Origin: a virus
Virus record (IMG/VR): IMGVR_UViG_3300009008_000005
Location: 1-64,000 of that record
DNA: 64,000 bases
Strand: one strand, 5' to 3'
The position numbers and the translations under genes are program-made. The notes under the pieces were generated by a model. It saw only the letters and a list, made by a program, of their open reading frames with translations, was not told where the DNA came from and ran no database searches. The stretch's first letter is position 1. The number at the start of each line of letters is the position of its first letter. Positions 55,126-63,685 of the stretch are shown piece by piece.

Positions 55126-56538
55126 CTACACCGGGAAAAGTCCGCCCGCCCCAGGGATTGTCATCCCGGAGAAGCCAGCAGAGAAGGTTCCTGTAAGCGC
55201 ACCAATACCAAGGATGACTCCCATACTCAAGCCTAGAGCGCCGAAGATCGCAAGAGTGAGTGGACCTGCCTTGCCTCCCATCGCCTTGATGAAGTTGTCC
55301 GGGGTGTAGAAGATCGAATACACCCACTGGGGGATACCCTCCTCAAAGGCGTACTGGTCAATGGTCTTCAGGAGCTTAGTCCCCCAAGCACCTACAGTCT
55401 TCCACCACTCCTCTACGATAACCTCCCCGGACAAGGAGTATGGACGACACTGGTCGTCCATGCCTACATTCATTCCTGACGCACGGGCGATCATTCTATA
55501 GATGGAGTCTGATGCGAACTCTCCGATCTGGCCGATGAAGTCCTTTCCCCTGGACTCCAAGGTATTGGTCTTACCCTGAGCGCCTTCGCCAATAATGGCC
55601 GCTACAGCATCAAAACTCCCTGCAGCCAACATGGAGCCTACGATACCTAGCTTGGCGAGCCTCTGCCTCTGTCGCATACCGATGGAGGAGATCATCACGG
55701 ACTTGCCGTTCGATACCTCAAGCTGCCCGGTGGGCATGTACTCCATGGCTCCACGGACACTCCGAGAAGGCTCCAGCTGCTCCATGATGTTGAAGCTGCG
55801 ATGCATACCAAGGGACACATAGTCCGAGACGAGGAAGGCGAAGTTGAAGTTCACGATGTCGGGCTGACCCGCAGTCTCCGAAGCTTCAGCGTTCAGGATA
55901 TACCCCTCTACGATGATATCGTCCCACCCGAAGTGAGCGGTAGCACCCATCTCGATGAGTCTAGACCCCCGCAAATAACGCTCATAATTCTCCCAGAACT
56001 GCGTGCGCCAGTCGAAGTCCCTAGAGTTGAACAGATGTCCGGTTACTCCAATGATCCTTGGTCTGGAGCCTGTGGCATAGAAGTAACCCTCACCGAAGGT
56101 CTCTACGATCTGGTACTTCTCTGCTCTCTGCTCGGTGACAGATGTGACGATGAAGTCCGTGTAATACTCTGACTTACCTAGGGACTTCTTCTCGCCAGGT
56201 GAGTCCTTCTGGTTGAAGGCGGGAGGCATCACTCCACCGATGCCATTGTACATCGGAATTGGGAGACCCTGCTTGTCATAGATACGGAGGAAGGCCACAC
56301 GCTTCCCCTTCATCTCTAGACCCCACAAAGGTCTACGGACGAACTGTGGACCAGGGTACTTGTCCCTCCAGGCCGGTCCCTTGGCCAGGGTGCAGTCCCC
56401 TCCACGGTCCCAGTTACCGAAGAGCTTCTCCAACAGGGTCTTCTTTGCGAAGGACCCAGCCTTCTTTACCTGGGAGGACACAAACATCTTCGGATTGTTC
56501 GCTGCTCCCTTTGGGATGCTGCCTAGAGAAACTCCCAT
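55126..56538 (-). CDS. Baseplate/tail-tube initiator-like protein
   Basis: FIVTSVTEQRAEKYQIVETFG...PRII...G.L.NS; context. Confidence 0.6.
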   Translation of the reverse strand: MGVSLGSIPKGAANNPKMFVSSQVKKAGSFAKKTLLEKLFGNWDRGGDCTLAKGPAWRDKYPGPQFVRRPLWGLEMKGKRVAFLRIYDKQGLPIPMYNGIGGVMPPAFNQKDSPGEKKSLGKSEYYTDFIVTSVTEQRAEKYQIVETFGEGYFYATGSRPRIIGVTGHLFNSRDFDWRTQFWENYERYLRGSRLIEMGATAHFGWDDIIVEGYILNAEASETAGQPDIVNFNFAFLVSDYVSLGMHRSFNIMEQLEPSRSVRGAMEYMPTGQLEVSNGKSVMISSIGMRQRQRLAKLGIVGSMLAAGSFDAVAAIIGEGAQGKTNTLESRGKDFIGQIGEFASDSIYRMIARASGMNVGMDDQCRPYSLSGEVIVEEWWKTVGAWGTKLLKTIDQYAFEEGIPQWVYSIFYTPDNFIKAMGGKAGPLTLAIFGALGLSMGVILGIGALTGTFSAGFSGMTIPGAGGLFPV

Positions 56539-56541
56539 CTC

Positions 56542-56754
56542 TTACCTCTTCTGCAGTAGCCGATCTTTCACGTCTCGGCTAATAGGGAGATCGTCGGCTT
56601 CGTCCTCTAGATGAAGGTAGAGGATCTGCTGCCTGACCAGGTGCTCCAAGGCCAGTTCAGGTGACGCCCCAATGGGGTAGAACCTAAGCTCAATCTCGGA
56701 GTCCGCCATGTGCGGCACATTGGCCACCTTCTCGTACGTAGATCTCTCTCGCAT
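56542..56754 (-). CDS. Small hypothetical protein
   Basis: 70 aa between tape measure and baseplate genes. Confidence 0.55.
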   Translation of the reverse strand: MRERSTYEKVANVPHMADSEIELRFYPIGASPELALEHLVRQQILYLHLEDEADDLPISRDVKDRLLQKR

Positions 56755-56761
56755 CTTACAC

Positions 56762-59700
56762 CTAGCGCTCTGACTTCATGTTGGCCATGATCTTGAGGGC
56801 AGCAGTGGCCCCCTCCACACCCTTCGTGAACTCTTCCATATCCGGTCCACCACCTGAGCCCTTGCCTGTTCCACCAGGCTTTTGGGTCATGGCAGCATAC
56901 TTCTCCATGAGCATCTGACCCTCGTCCCCGCTTACCTCTCCGTCCTGCATCGCCTTGTAGTACTCGGCTACGAAGGAGTTCGCACTGGAGTCCTCGTAGT
57001 TCATGGAGTTTAGCATTTGCTTCAGCTTGGAGGTCATGTAGTGGTCTACTTTACCCTCCTTGATCTGCTTCCCGAACCTCTTCTCGAAGCGCTGGTAGCC
57101 CTCTGCTCCGCCGAACATCTCTCTGGAAAGGGATAGATTATCCTTGCTGGACAAGGTCCCTCCACCCGACGTGAAGTTGGCGAAGTCCCCGTCCTCTGCT
57201 CCTGTAGCTCTACCCCACCGACCACGAAGTGTAGCCACCCTGCGAGTCATACCGAAGAAGGCCTCTGTACCCTCCGGACCACGCATAGCCCCAATGTCTT
57301 GGAGTTCGGGTAGGGGAATTGACGACAGCCGGTCGATCAAGCCTGTGCCACCCTCGTCCCCGAGGATATGCTCACGCCGCTGAGTCTGACTCATGAGCCA
57401 CCAGCCAACAGACTTCTTGATGTCATCGGACAGGCGTGCTCCCTGGCCACCACCTACAGCACCAAACTGGTTGGTCAATCCGGCGTTGTTCGCCCACCTG
57501 TAGGCCTCTTCCTTCACAGGCGCTAGGGCTGTCTCCAAGCGCTGCCGCACAGGGGCGAGCATCCATTTCTGAGACTCTACGAACCTAGCAGCGCCTGAAG
57601 CAGCCCCACCAGAGAACATCTTCTTTACGAAGTCCGGAGCATCTGCACTCTCTGCACCAAGGACTTCATTCTGCATCTGCTCTGCTAATGCATACCATCG
57701 AGGCGTCCCGGCCTTCTCGCCAGCGAGATGCATAGCTGTCTTTGACGTGTAAACACCTGGGAGGTTGCCCGTGCTGGCTATCCTCTCCATGTCCTCCATG
57801 TCATCTTCACCGATGCCTGCGGGCAACGCTGTCCTGGCGTACGCAGCGGGTCCGCCACTCTCCTCCCCCTTCAGGCCACCTATGTACCCTTCAATACCAG
57901 TGCCTGAGAATTTCTTCTGTAGGTAGTCAACGCCTACATTCCAGCCACGGGTTGCGACGTCGCCTGCCAGTGTCCCAAAGCTCATCTTACCGTCTTCAGC
58001 ACTTCGGACATCCTGGATGTTAATGAACCCTTCTTCGTCCATGAAGTTCCCCATATCCTCTTCGGCTACGCCAGCGGCTATGAGAAGTCCGTGCCTCCTT
58101 GCCTGTCGGGAGTCCCTGTACTTCCTATTAATGGACCGAGCGTCACGCAGGGTCACATCTGTTGCGTAACCCCCAACTCCCATCAGAGCAGCCATGCCTC
58201 CAAGGCCCCTCTTGGTGAACGCATCCGCAGCTCTACCATAACCAGATTCCCGCATGTTCTCTAAGAGATCCTCAGTCATGCGAGTCTCATACTCACCCGG
58301 TCGTAGGCCTCCGTACCTACCGCTGCTCCGCATACCTCCGACCATGCCCCTGATGGCATTGGCCTCTGCTGTGGACAGGTCGTCCTCCATAGTACTCATA
58401 GGCTCCAGGAGACCACGGGTTACGTCGTTGACTGCTTGGTTCGCTGTCTCTCTGGAGGAGAAACCAATCTGGTAACCACCCCCAGACGTATGGCGGGCTC
58501 CGGGCATCAAGTCACCAAGAGAGTCCAACCAGTTCTGCCTACCATAAGAAGTCTCTACGCCAATGTAGCTTCCCTTATTGGCTGGATCGTAGGATCCCAT
58601 ACCTGCATGGGAGAAGGCTTGTGTCATAGCCCCACCCCTGGAACCCTGCCTGAATCCTTCTAGGAGTCTCGCTGGGGCACCTACGACTTCTGGCTCGGCC
58701 CCAAGCACGTCTCCCGTGTAGGGGGCATTGCGCATTAGGTTCGGCATCACATTGAACGCCAGATCGCCTGCCATCAGATATGGGGCAGCACCACGGAGCG
58801 CCGTGGAGGCACCCCTAGCTAGCCACCCGGCACCCGACAAAGCGCCACCAGCGACCATACCCAGGCCACCACGACGCATCATGGCTCCCCCAAGAGCAGT
58901 CGCTCCATAGCCTGCTCCGTATGCAGCGGAGCGGCCACCGATGATCGGCATGAGTGAAGCTGCAGCAGCGGTGGTACCGGGATTCCACTGAGACGTTGCA
59001 AAGCCCGTAACTCCGCCGAACTCACCACCTCGCATTACTCTCCCAAAACCGGAGCCTGCGTAGGTATCAATAGCACTGCCGATCATTCCACCGGGGCTAC
59101 TAAAGGCACTATAAGGCGCTGCACCGAAACCTGGAGGTGCAGCGGGGAGCCCACCGTACAGGCCACCAGCCGCTCCTGTCTGGTATGCGTTCATCACTCC
59201 CTGGGCGACTGGGGCTACGCCTTGACCACCACCGACCAGAGACTCGACAGCATCGGCCGTCCAGTCCTGCATCTTGCCGAGAACATTCCTACCGAAGTCC
59301 TCTAGCTTACGCTCAATGGGACCTACGAAGGCCTCCCGCATCCGGGCTTTGATCGCATAGATGGATCCAGCCCTGGCACCTCTAGCGTCATCCATTCCCT
59401 TCTGCAGGGCTAGACGACCACGCATCTTGATCTGCCCCTGAAGCTCCGGACCGAACTCAGACAAGCTGTTCAGGATATCCATTTCCTGGGTAGGGATGTG
59501 CCCGAACATCTGCGTAAGGAGTTCTTCCGTCTCCGGCCTTCCACCACCACGAGCGCTGACCTTCCCACGTACCTGGCTGGCCCACCAGCCTGGGCCTAGC
59601 TGCTCATTCATCTGCCCAGCCAACTCCGTGGACCTTGCCCGCAGTAGCTGCCGTGCACCTGGGGAACGCATGTTCTCGTTGTAGGCCTGACCTACTTCGC

Positions 59701-60868
59701 TGTAGGACATCATGCTCAGGCGAGCTGCCTTCGTTGGATCGATAGCACCTGTCTCTGGGTCCAGAGCTGCGCCGAGGGCCCTTTGACCTAGACGGGTCCC
59801 TGAGAACCTCATCCCATATCCCATGAGGCGCTGAGCGAGCTGCGGTGCAGCCTGATCCATACCTACGCCACCGAACATGTCTCGGATCCGATTCGAATTC
59901 AGGAGACCCGAGTTGGCCCCTGCTGCGATCTGGGTAGTAAGGTCGGCCATGGCTGTGGCACCGTGGCTTCTGGACAGTCCAGCCTGGCTCCACATGTCCG
60001 CTCCACCGGACATTGAGTTCATCAGAGATTCGTTGGACATACCCACAGCAGAGGACAAGCCACGCACCGTAGCTGCTACCTGGCCAGCTCCTCCTGCCCC
60101 GTAGAATCCCATCCCCTTGATCTGCTGGGATACACTGTAGGCGTCCTGGAGGGATGTGTTGAAGGTGGTGGCTACCTGTCGGACTTCGTTTACTAGGGTG
60201 CGGAAGGTCTGGGCGAACTGCTGCATGTTGCCAGCGCCCTTGAAAGATCCTCCCTGCAGACCTGCTCCAAGAATACCTGCGATATCCCCGAAGCCTTCAT
60301 AAGGGCTCTGCGCAGCCATCCCCGAAATCATATTCCCGAGCTGCTGCTGACCGCCTACACCAGGAGCGGCCATCATCGGCATCGTACTTCTGTTCCAGGT
60401 GGATCCGATCATGTTGCCGAGGTTCTGCTGTTGCTGAACCCCCTGCATAACCTGCTCGGAGCCCCAGTTGAACATCTTCCCCGCAGCATAGTAAGGGAGC
60501 GCTGCCCCGAGACCATAACCTGCAGCGCCAGCTATACCAGCCTGCCCGAAGCCATGTCTGGCTGCTCCGAGGACAGTGCTGAAGGGATCCATAAACCTTG
60601 GGCCGAACCCGAAGCCTCCCGCCAGGGCAGCTGCCCCTATTGCACCTTGAGCCATTCCGGGCATCATCTGTGCGCCCTGGAAGGCTAGAGCATTCGAGAA
60701 TCTCGGATCGTACCCAGGAGCAGCACCCGAGATAGAGGCCTGAGACGACGGAGTCTTCCTCGTACCATATTGATCTGACAGGAAGTTTCCGTAGGACTGC
60801 ATCGAAGCAGCTTGCGACATCTGCTGCTGCGAGAGCCCCATGATAGTAGTGTGCGGAATGCCTGCCAC
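56762..60868 (-). CDS. Tail tape measure protein
   Basis: 1368 aa; Gly/Ala/Met-rich helical; upstream of the hub genes; GGGAGG RBS before GTG. Confidence 0.8.
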   Translation of the reverse strand: MAGIPHTTIMGLSQQQMSQAASMQSYGNFLSDQYGTRKTPSSQASISGAAPGYDPRFSNALAFQGAQMMPGMAQGAIGAAALAGGFGFGPRFMDPFSTVLGAARHGFGQAGIAGAAGYGLGAALPYYAAGKMFNWGSEQVMQGVQQQQNLGNMIGSTWNRSTMPMMAAPGVGGQQQLGNMISGMAAQSPYEGFGDIAGILGAGLQGGSFKGAGNMQQFAQTFRTLVNEVRQVATTFNTSLQDAYSVSQQIKGMGFYGAGGAGQVAATVRGLSSAVGMSNESLMNSMSGGADMWSQAGLSRSHGATAMADLTTQIAAGANSGLLNSNRIRDMFGGVGMDQAAPQLAQRLMGYGMRFSGTRLGQRALGAALDPETGAIDPTKAARLSMMSYSEVGQAYNENMRSPGARQLLRARSTELAGQMNEQLGPGWWASQVRGKVSARGGGRPETEELLTQMFGHIPTQEMDILNSLSEFGPELQGQIKMRGRLALQKGMDDARGARAGSIYAIKARMREAFVGPIERKLEDFGRNVLGKMQDWTADAVESLVGGGQGVAPVAQGVMNAYQTGAAGGLYGGLPAAPPGFGAAPYSAFSSPGGMIGSAIDTYAGSGFGRVMRGGEFGGVTGFATSQWNPGTTAAAASLMPIIGGRSAAYGAGYGATALGGAMMRRGGLGMVAGGALSGAGWLARGASTALRGAAPYLMAGDLAFNVMPNLMRNAPYTGDVLGAEPEVVGAPARLLEGFRQGSRGGAMTQAFSHAGMGSYDPANKGSYIGVETSYGRQNWLDSLGDLMPGARHTSGGGYQIGFSSRETANQAVNDVTRGLLEPMSTMEDDLSTAEANAIRGMVGGMRSSGRYGGLRPGEYETRMTEDLLENMRESGYGRAADAFTKRGLGGMAALMGVGGYATDVTLRDARSINRKYRDSRQARRHGLLIAAGVAEEDMGNFMDEEGFINIQDVRSAEDGKMSFGTLAGDVATRGWNVGVDYLQKKFSGTGIEGYIGGLKGEESGGPAAYARTALPAGIGEDDMEDMERIASTGNLPGVYTSKTAMHLAGEKAGTPRWYALAEQMQNEVLGAESADAPDFVKKMFSGGAASGAARFVESQKWMLAPVRQRLETALAPVKEEAYRWANNAGLTNQFGAVGGGQGARLSDDIKKSVGWWLMSQTQRREHILGDEGGTGLIDRLSSIPLPELQDIGAMRGPEGTEAFFGMTRRVATLRGRWGRATGAEDGDFANFTSGGGTLSSKDNLSLSREMFGGAEGYQRFEKRFGKQIKEGKVDHYMTSKLKQMLNSMNYEDSSANSFVAEYYKAMQDGEVSGDEGQMLMEKYAAMTQKPGGTGKGSGGGPDMEEFTKGVEGATAALKIMANMKSER

Positions 60869-60933
60869 AGCTATACCTCCCGGAATCGTTCCCCCCTATT
60901 GTATAGGAGGTGGGCCCCGGGGAGAAGGGGTAC

Positions 60934-60950
60934 CCATTTCTTCGAAATAC
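60934..60950. promoter_or_regulatory. Palindromic site copy 8 (one mismatch), CCATTTC-TTC-GAAATAC, next to a TATAAG -10 box
   Basis: In the divergent intergenic region; TATAAG at 60953-60958. Confidence 0.55.
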
Positions 60951-60987
60951 GGTATAAGGCCGATGTACACCAAAAAGGAGGTACCTA

Positions 60988-61302
60988 ATGGGGCTCAAGA
61001 GAGCTAAAGGACCTGATGACGAACCTACTCTGACCTGTCCGAAATGCGGGGCAGAGGACGAGATCCTGCTTTACCAGCAAGAGAATGCTTACTACTGGGT
61101 TCTCGACATTGACTCCGATGGGTGGGCTGATACCGGGGACGCCTATCCCAAGTATTGGAATGTCGGAGATACACATTTCATCTGCAGGAGCTGTGATGCC
61201 ACCTTGATGGAATCGGACATCCTCAGAAACGGCGTGCCTATACGGGAGGAGATGGAAGATGCGCTAGATGACAACACCTGCTTGGGGAAGCCTAAGAGCT
61301 AG
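60988..61302 (+). CDS. Zn-ribbon hypothetical protein
   Basis: CPKC...CRSC; AAGGAGG RBS. Confidence 0.7.
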   Translation: MGLKRAKGPDDEPTLTCPKCGAEDEILLYQQENAYYWVLDIDSDGWADTGDAYPKYWNVGDTHFICRSCDATLMESDILRNGVPIREEMEDALDDNTCLGKPKS

Positions 61303-61778
61303 GGAAGGGAAGCCACCGGGGCCTTGAGCAGATCCGGATTCCGAAGTTCAAGCTCCTTGGCCATCACAGCCTGGGCTTTCTCTATGGAAGATAGGCGGTC
61401 GCAGTTGCTCTTCACTTCCTTCTTGATCTCAGCGGTATCCTCTTTCACTGTCTGGATAGCCTTTAGGTTCTGCTCGTGGTCTTCCTCTATGGCCTTGTGC
61501 AAGGCATCGAACTGCGCTATCTCGTGGTTCTTGTGAGAATCCAGGAGGTCCTTTACAGCACCAGCTTTAGCGGTACTAGTGGTCTCTGCCTGAGCATTCA
61601 CATAAGCCACGATAGCCCAGGTCGCTCCAACGAGAGCGATGGCTACAACGGCGAAAATCTGCCAGTGCGCTACTGGTATCCCTGTGCGGGCTTTCCTCTT
61701 CGATCTAAGCACGGGGACCTCCTTCACACTAGGAAATTGGTCAGTCTGTACTTCGTCCCGCATTGTAGTGTCCCTCAC
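61299..61778 (-). CDS. Single-TM protein with coiled coil (holin/spanin-like or membrane anchor)
   Basis: WQIFAVVAIALVGATWAIVAYV followed by a helical heptad region. Confidence 0.55.
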   Translation of the reverse strand: MRDTTMRDEVQTDQFPSVKEVPVLRSKRKARTGIPVAHWQIFAVVAIALVGATWAIVAYVNAQAETTSTAKAGAVKDLLDSHKNHEIAQFDALHKAIEEDHEQNLKAIQTVKEDTAEIKKEVKSNCDRLSSIEKAQAVMAKELELRNPDLLKAPVASLP

Positions 61779-61788
61779 AACTAAGCAT

Positions 61789-61816
61789 TTGCACGGCAGC
61801 GTAGAGTAGCTATAAC
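61789..61816 (+). promoter_or_regulatory. Putative promoter
   Basis: TTGCAC-N16-TATAAC upstream of 61833. Confidence 0.5.
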
Positions 61817-61832
61817 AGGGGGTGGGGGATTC

Positions 61833-62492
61833 ATGTTAGAGAAAGCTCGGCTCTTCAGGTACGGTGATGCGGCTGAATTCCACACCAATGTCATATACCT
61901 ATCCACGACCGACTGCCTCCGCTACAGAACTTCAGAGCATCCTAAGCTTCACAGAATCTCAGGGCCCGCTGAAGGGCCAGTATGCACAAAGTGCCTAAAA
62001 GCACTGCATGTGCAGTCCGTTCACCTATGGAGTATAGACCCCAAAGGTAGGGACAGGCAAGTCGTCGACAGTGTAATCAACGACCTGGAGAATACAATGG
62101 GACCTAGAGAATTCCGAAGAATTCGGGCGGCTATCAGCCTCACACGAAAGCAACTTGCGGAGGTAACTGGACTTGCGTCGTCCACAATAGCTCGATATGA
62201 ATCGGGCTCCTTTGCAATCCCACGGGGCATCGCACAAGCAGTCATGGCTCTTGAAGGAAAGGTGAATCCTCCTACAGAACGATGGGCAGTTCTGACTGAT
62301 CACGAAATCTCCCAGGTGAATGAATCCGCTGGGTGGTACCGCCGTAAGAAGGGTTGGGTAGCTTACAAGTCCCAGGAGGATGCGGAGACGGCGCACGGCC
62401 TGAAGGGTGGGAACGTCGTCCAGGTCATCGTAAGGAAGTGTATAGAAGAATCCATCTTCCGTGAACGGTGGGATACCCTGAAATTGGCGTAG
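61833..62492 (+). CDS. XRE-family HTH protein with N-terminal Cys/His (Zn-binding) region
   Basis: CTKC; FRRIRAAISLTRKQLAEVTGLASSTIARYESG. Confidence 0.8.
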   Translation: MLEKARLFRYGDAAEFHTNVIYLSTTDCLRYRTSEHPKLHRISGPAEGPVCTKCLKALHVQSVHLWSIDPKGRDRQVVDSVINDLENTMGPREFRRIRAAISLTRKQLAEVTGLASSTIARYESGSFAIPRGIAQAVMALEGKVNPPTERWAVLTDHEISQVNESAGWYRRKKGWVAYKSQEDAETAHGLKGGNVVQVIVRKCIEESIFRERWDTLKLA

Positions 62493-62607
62493 GCCCGGCT
62501 TAGAGCAGAGTGGGAATAAATGAAGACCTGGCCTGAAACGGCCAGAGGAAGAGGCCAGGCAGGAAGCCGGACCGGGGCCTACCATGAGTGTAAAGGGGGA
62601 ATCAAAT

Positions 62608-62997
62608 ATGAGTCAAGACGTAAGACACGTGCCGCTGCACTTTGTGATAGCGTCAGTGGTTTGGAATAGGCGTAGAGTTGCAAGAATAAAGCAAGCGACT
62701 GTCTGCCGAGTTCTAGGGCTAGGACAGACGGGGTACTCGAAGTTCGAGCGGGGGCGGACTCAGCTCAATGCAACAAAGTTCTTCCTCCTAGACTACGTCC
62801 TAGGTAGGGATCTGCACCGTGACATCTATACATTGCACCAGGAATTGATCGACAGAGGCTACTACATCACACCGAATGGTGACTGCACGAAAGGTGTAGA
62901 GATAGAAGAGGTCCGAGCCATCGCTTCGGCTATGTCTTCTTCGCCGCAGCCTTCTTCTTCGGAGCAGCAACCTTCTTTGCCGCTGGCTTTGTCTTAG
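62608..62997 (+). CDS. XRE-family HTH regulator
   Basis: RRVARIKQATVCRVLGLGQTGYSKFERG; start moved to ATG 62608. Confidence 0.75.
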   Translation: MSQDVRHVPLHFVIASVVWNRRRVARIKQATVCRVLGLGQTGYSKFERGRTQLNATKFFLLDYVLGRDLHRDIYTLHQELIDRGYYITPNGDCTKGVEIEEVRAIASAMSSSPQPSSSEQQPSLPLALS

Positions 62998-63250
62998 GAA
63001 CGTCCAGCTTTGCCTGGGCTCTAAGTTCCTGGCTAAGGTTAGTGATCCTGTCGTCGATCTCTTGCATCACCTGTTTGATTGATCCTTCCTGTACCATGGA
63101 ATAGAAGTTGTCTGCCACCTCGATCCCTTTACTCGGTGGACCTAGATCCGTGGTGCAGTAGGTGGCCAGGTGCGAGCGAAGAGTAGACCAGACAGCCCTC
63201 TCATGCTGCAGTCCGATATGTTTGTTCAGGAGTTCTTGCAAGTTAGCCAT
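62930..63250 (-). CDS. Hypothetical protein with histone H1-like PAAKK tail
   Basis: C-terminus KPAAKKVAAPKKKAAAKKT; GAGGA RBS. Confidence 0.7.
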   Translation of the reverse strand: MANLQELLNKHIGLQHERAVWSTLRSHLATYCTTDLGPPSKGIEVADNFYSMVQEGSIKQVMQEIDDRITNLSQELRAQAKLDVPKTKPAAKKVAAPKKKAAAKKT

Positions 63251-63314
63251 AGTGTTTTCCTCAGCTGATGAGATCGCAATCTAGCACAACCTCCCTTCTA
63301 GTATCACCAAACCT

Positions 63315-63343
63315 TTGGGTAGAACGCAAGGCGGGAGTATAAT
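63315..63343 (+). promoter_or_regulatory. Putative sigma70-like promoter
   Basis: TTGGGT-N17-TATAAT upstream of the GGAGGAG RBS. Confidence 0.5.
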
Positions 63344-63361
63344 ATAGACCACGGAGGAGCC

Positions 63362-63685
63362 ATGGAGAGCCCAGATTACTATATAACGATCAATGAAGCT
63401 GTGGCCTTGTACGGTGCCGACCCTAAAGCTATGAGGAGGGAGGCTACGAACCGTGGATGGGGCTACGTAAAATACAACGGGGCCCGGGTCGCCTTTGACC
63501 TCGATGAGTTCCAAGACTGGCTCTGGGGTATCGATGAAAAGACCATACGACGTACGGCCCCACGAGAGACCTGCCTATGCTGTGGTGGGAAGGCTAGGTA
63601 CAAGCGCAGATTTTGCTCTGCCTGTATCTATAAGATGCGTGAAGACTTCGCAGGATCCTTCGACGAGCACTCAGTGGCTATATGA
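63362..63685 (+). CDS. Excisionase/MerR-like HTH protein with C-terminal Cys cluster
   Basis: YITINEAVALYG...RVAFDLDEFQDWL; CLCC...CSAC. Confidence 0.65.
   Translation: MESPDYYITINEAVALYGADPKAMRREATNRGWGYVKYNGARVAFDLDEFQDWLWGIDEKTIRRTAPRETCLCCGGKARYKRRFCSACIYKMREDFAGSFDEHSVAI

Noticed and set aside
60869-60987. Tail assembly chaperone with programmed frameshift upstream of the tape measure gene
   Set aside because: Only about 120 nt separate the tape measure start from a divergent gene, leaving no room for a chaperone ORF.
61833-62492. MqsA-like antitoxin of a toxin-antitoxin pair
   Set aside because: The Zn plus HTH layout is similar, but there is no adjacent toxin-like ORF.
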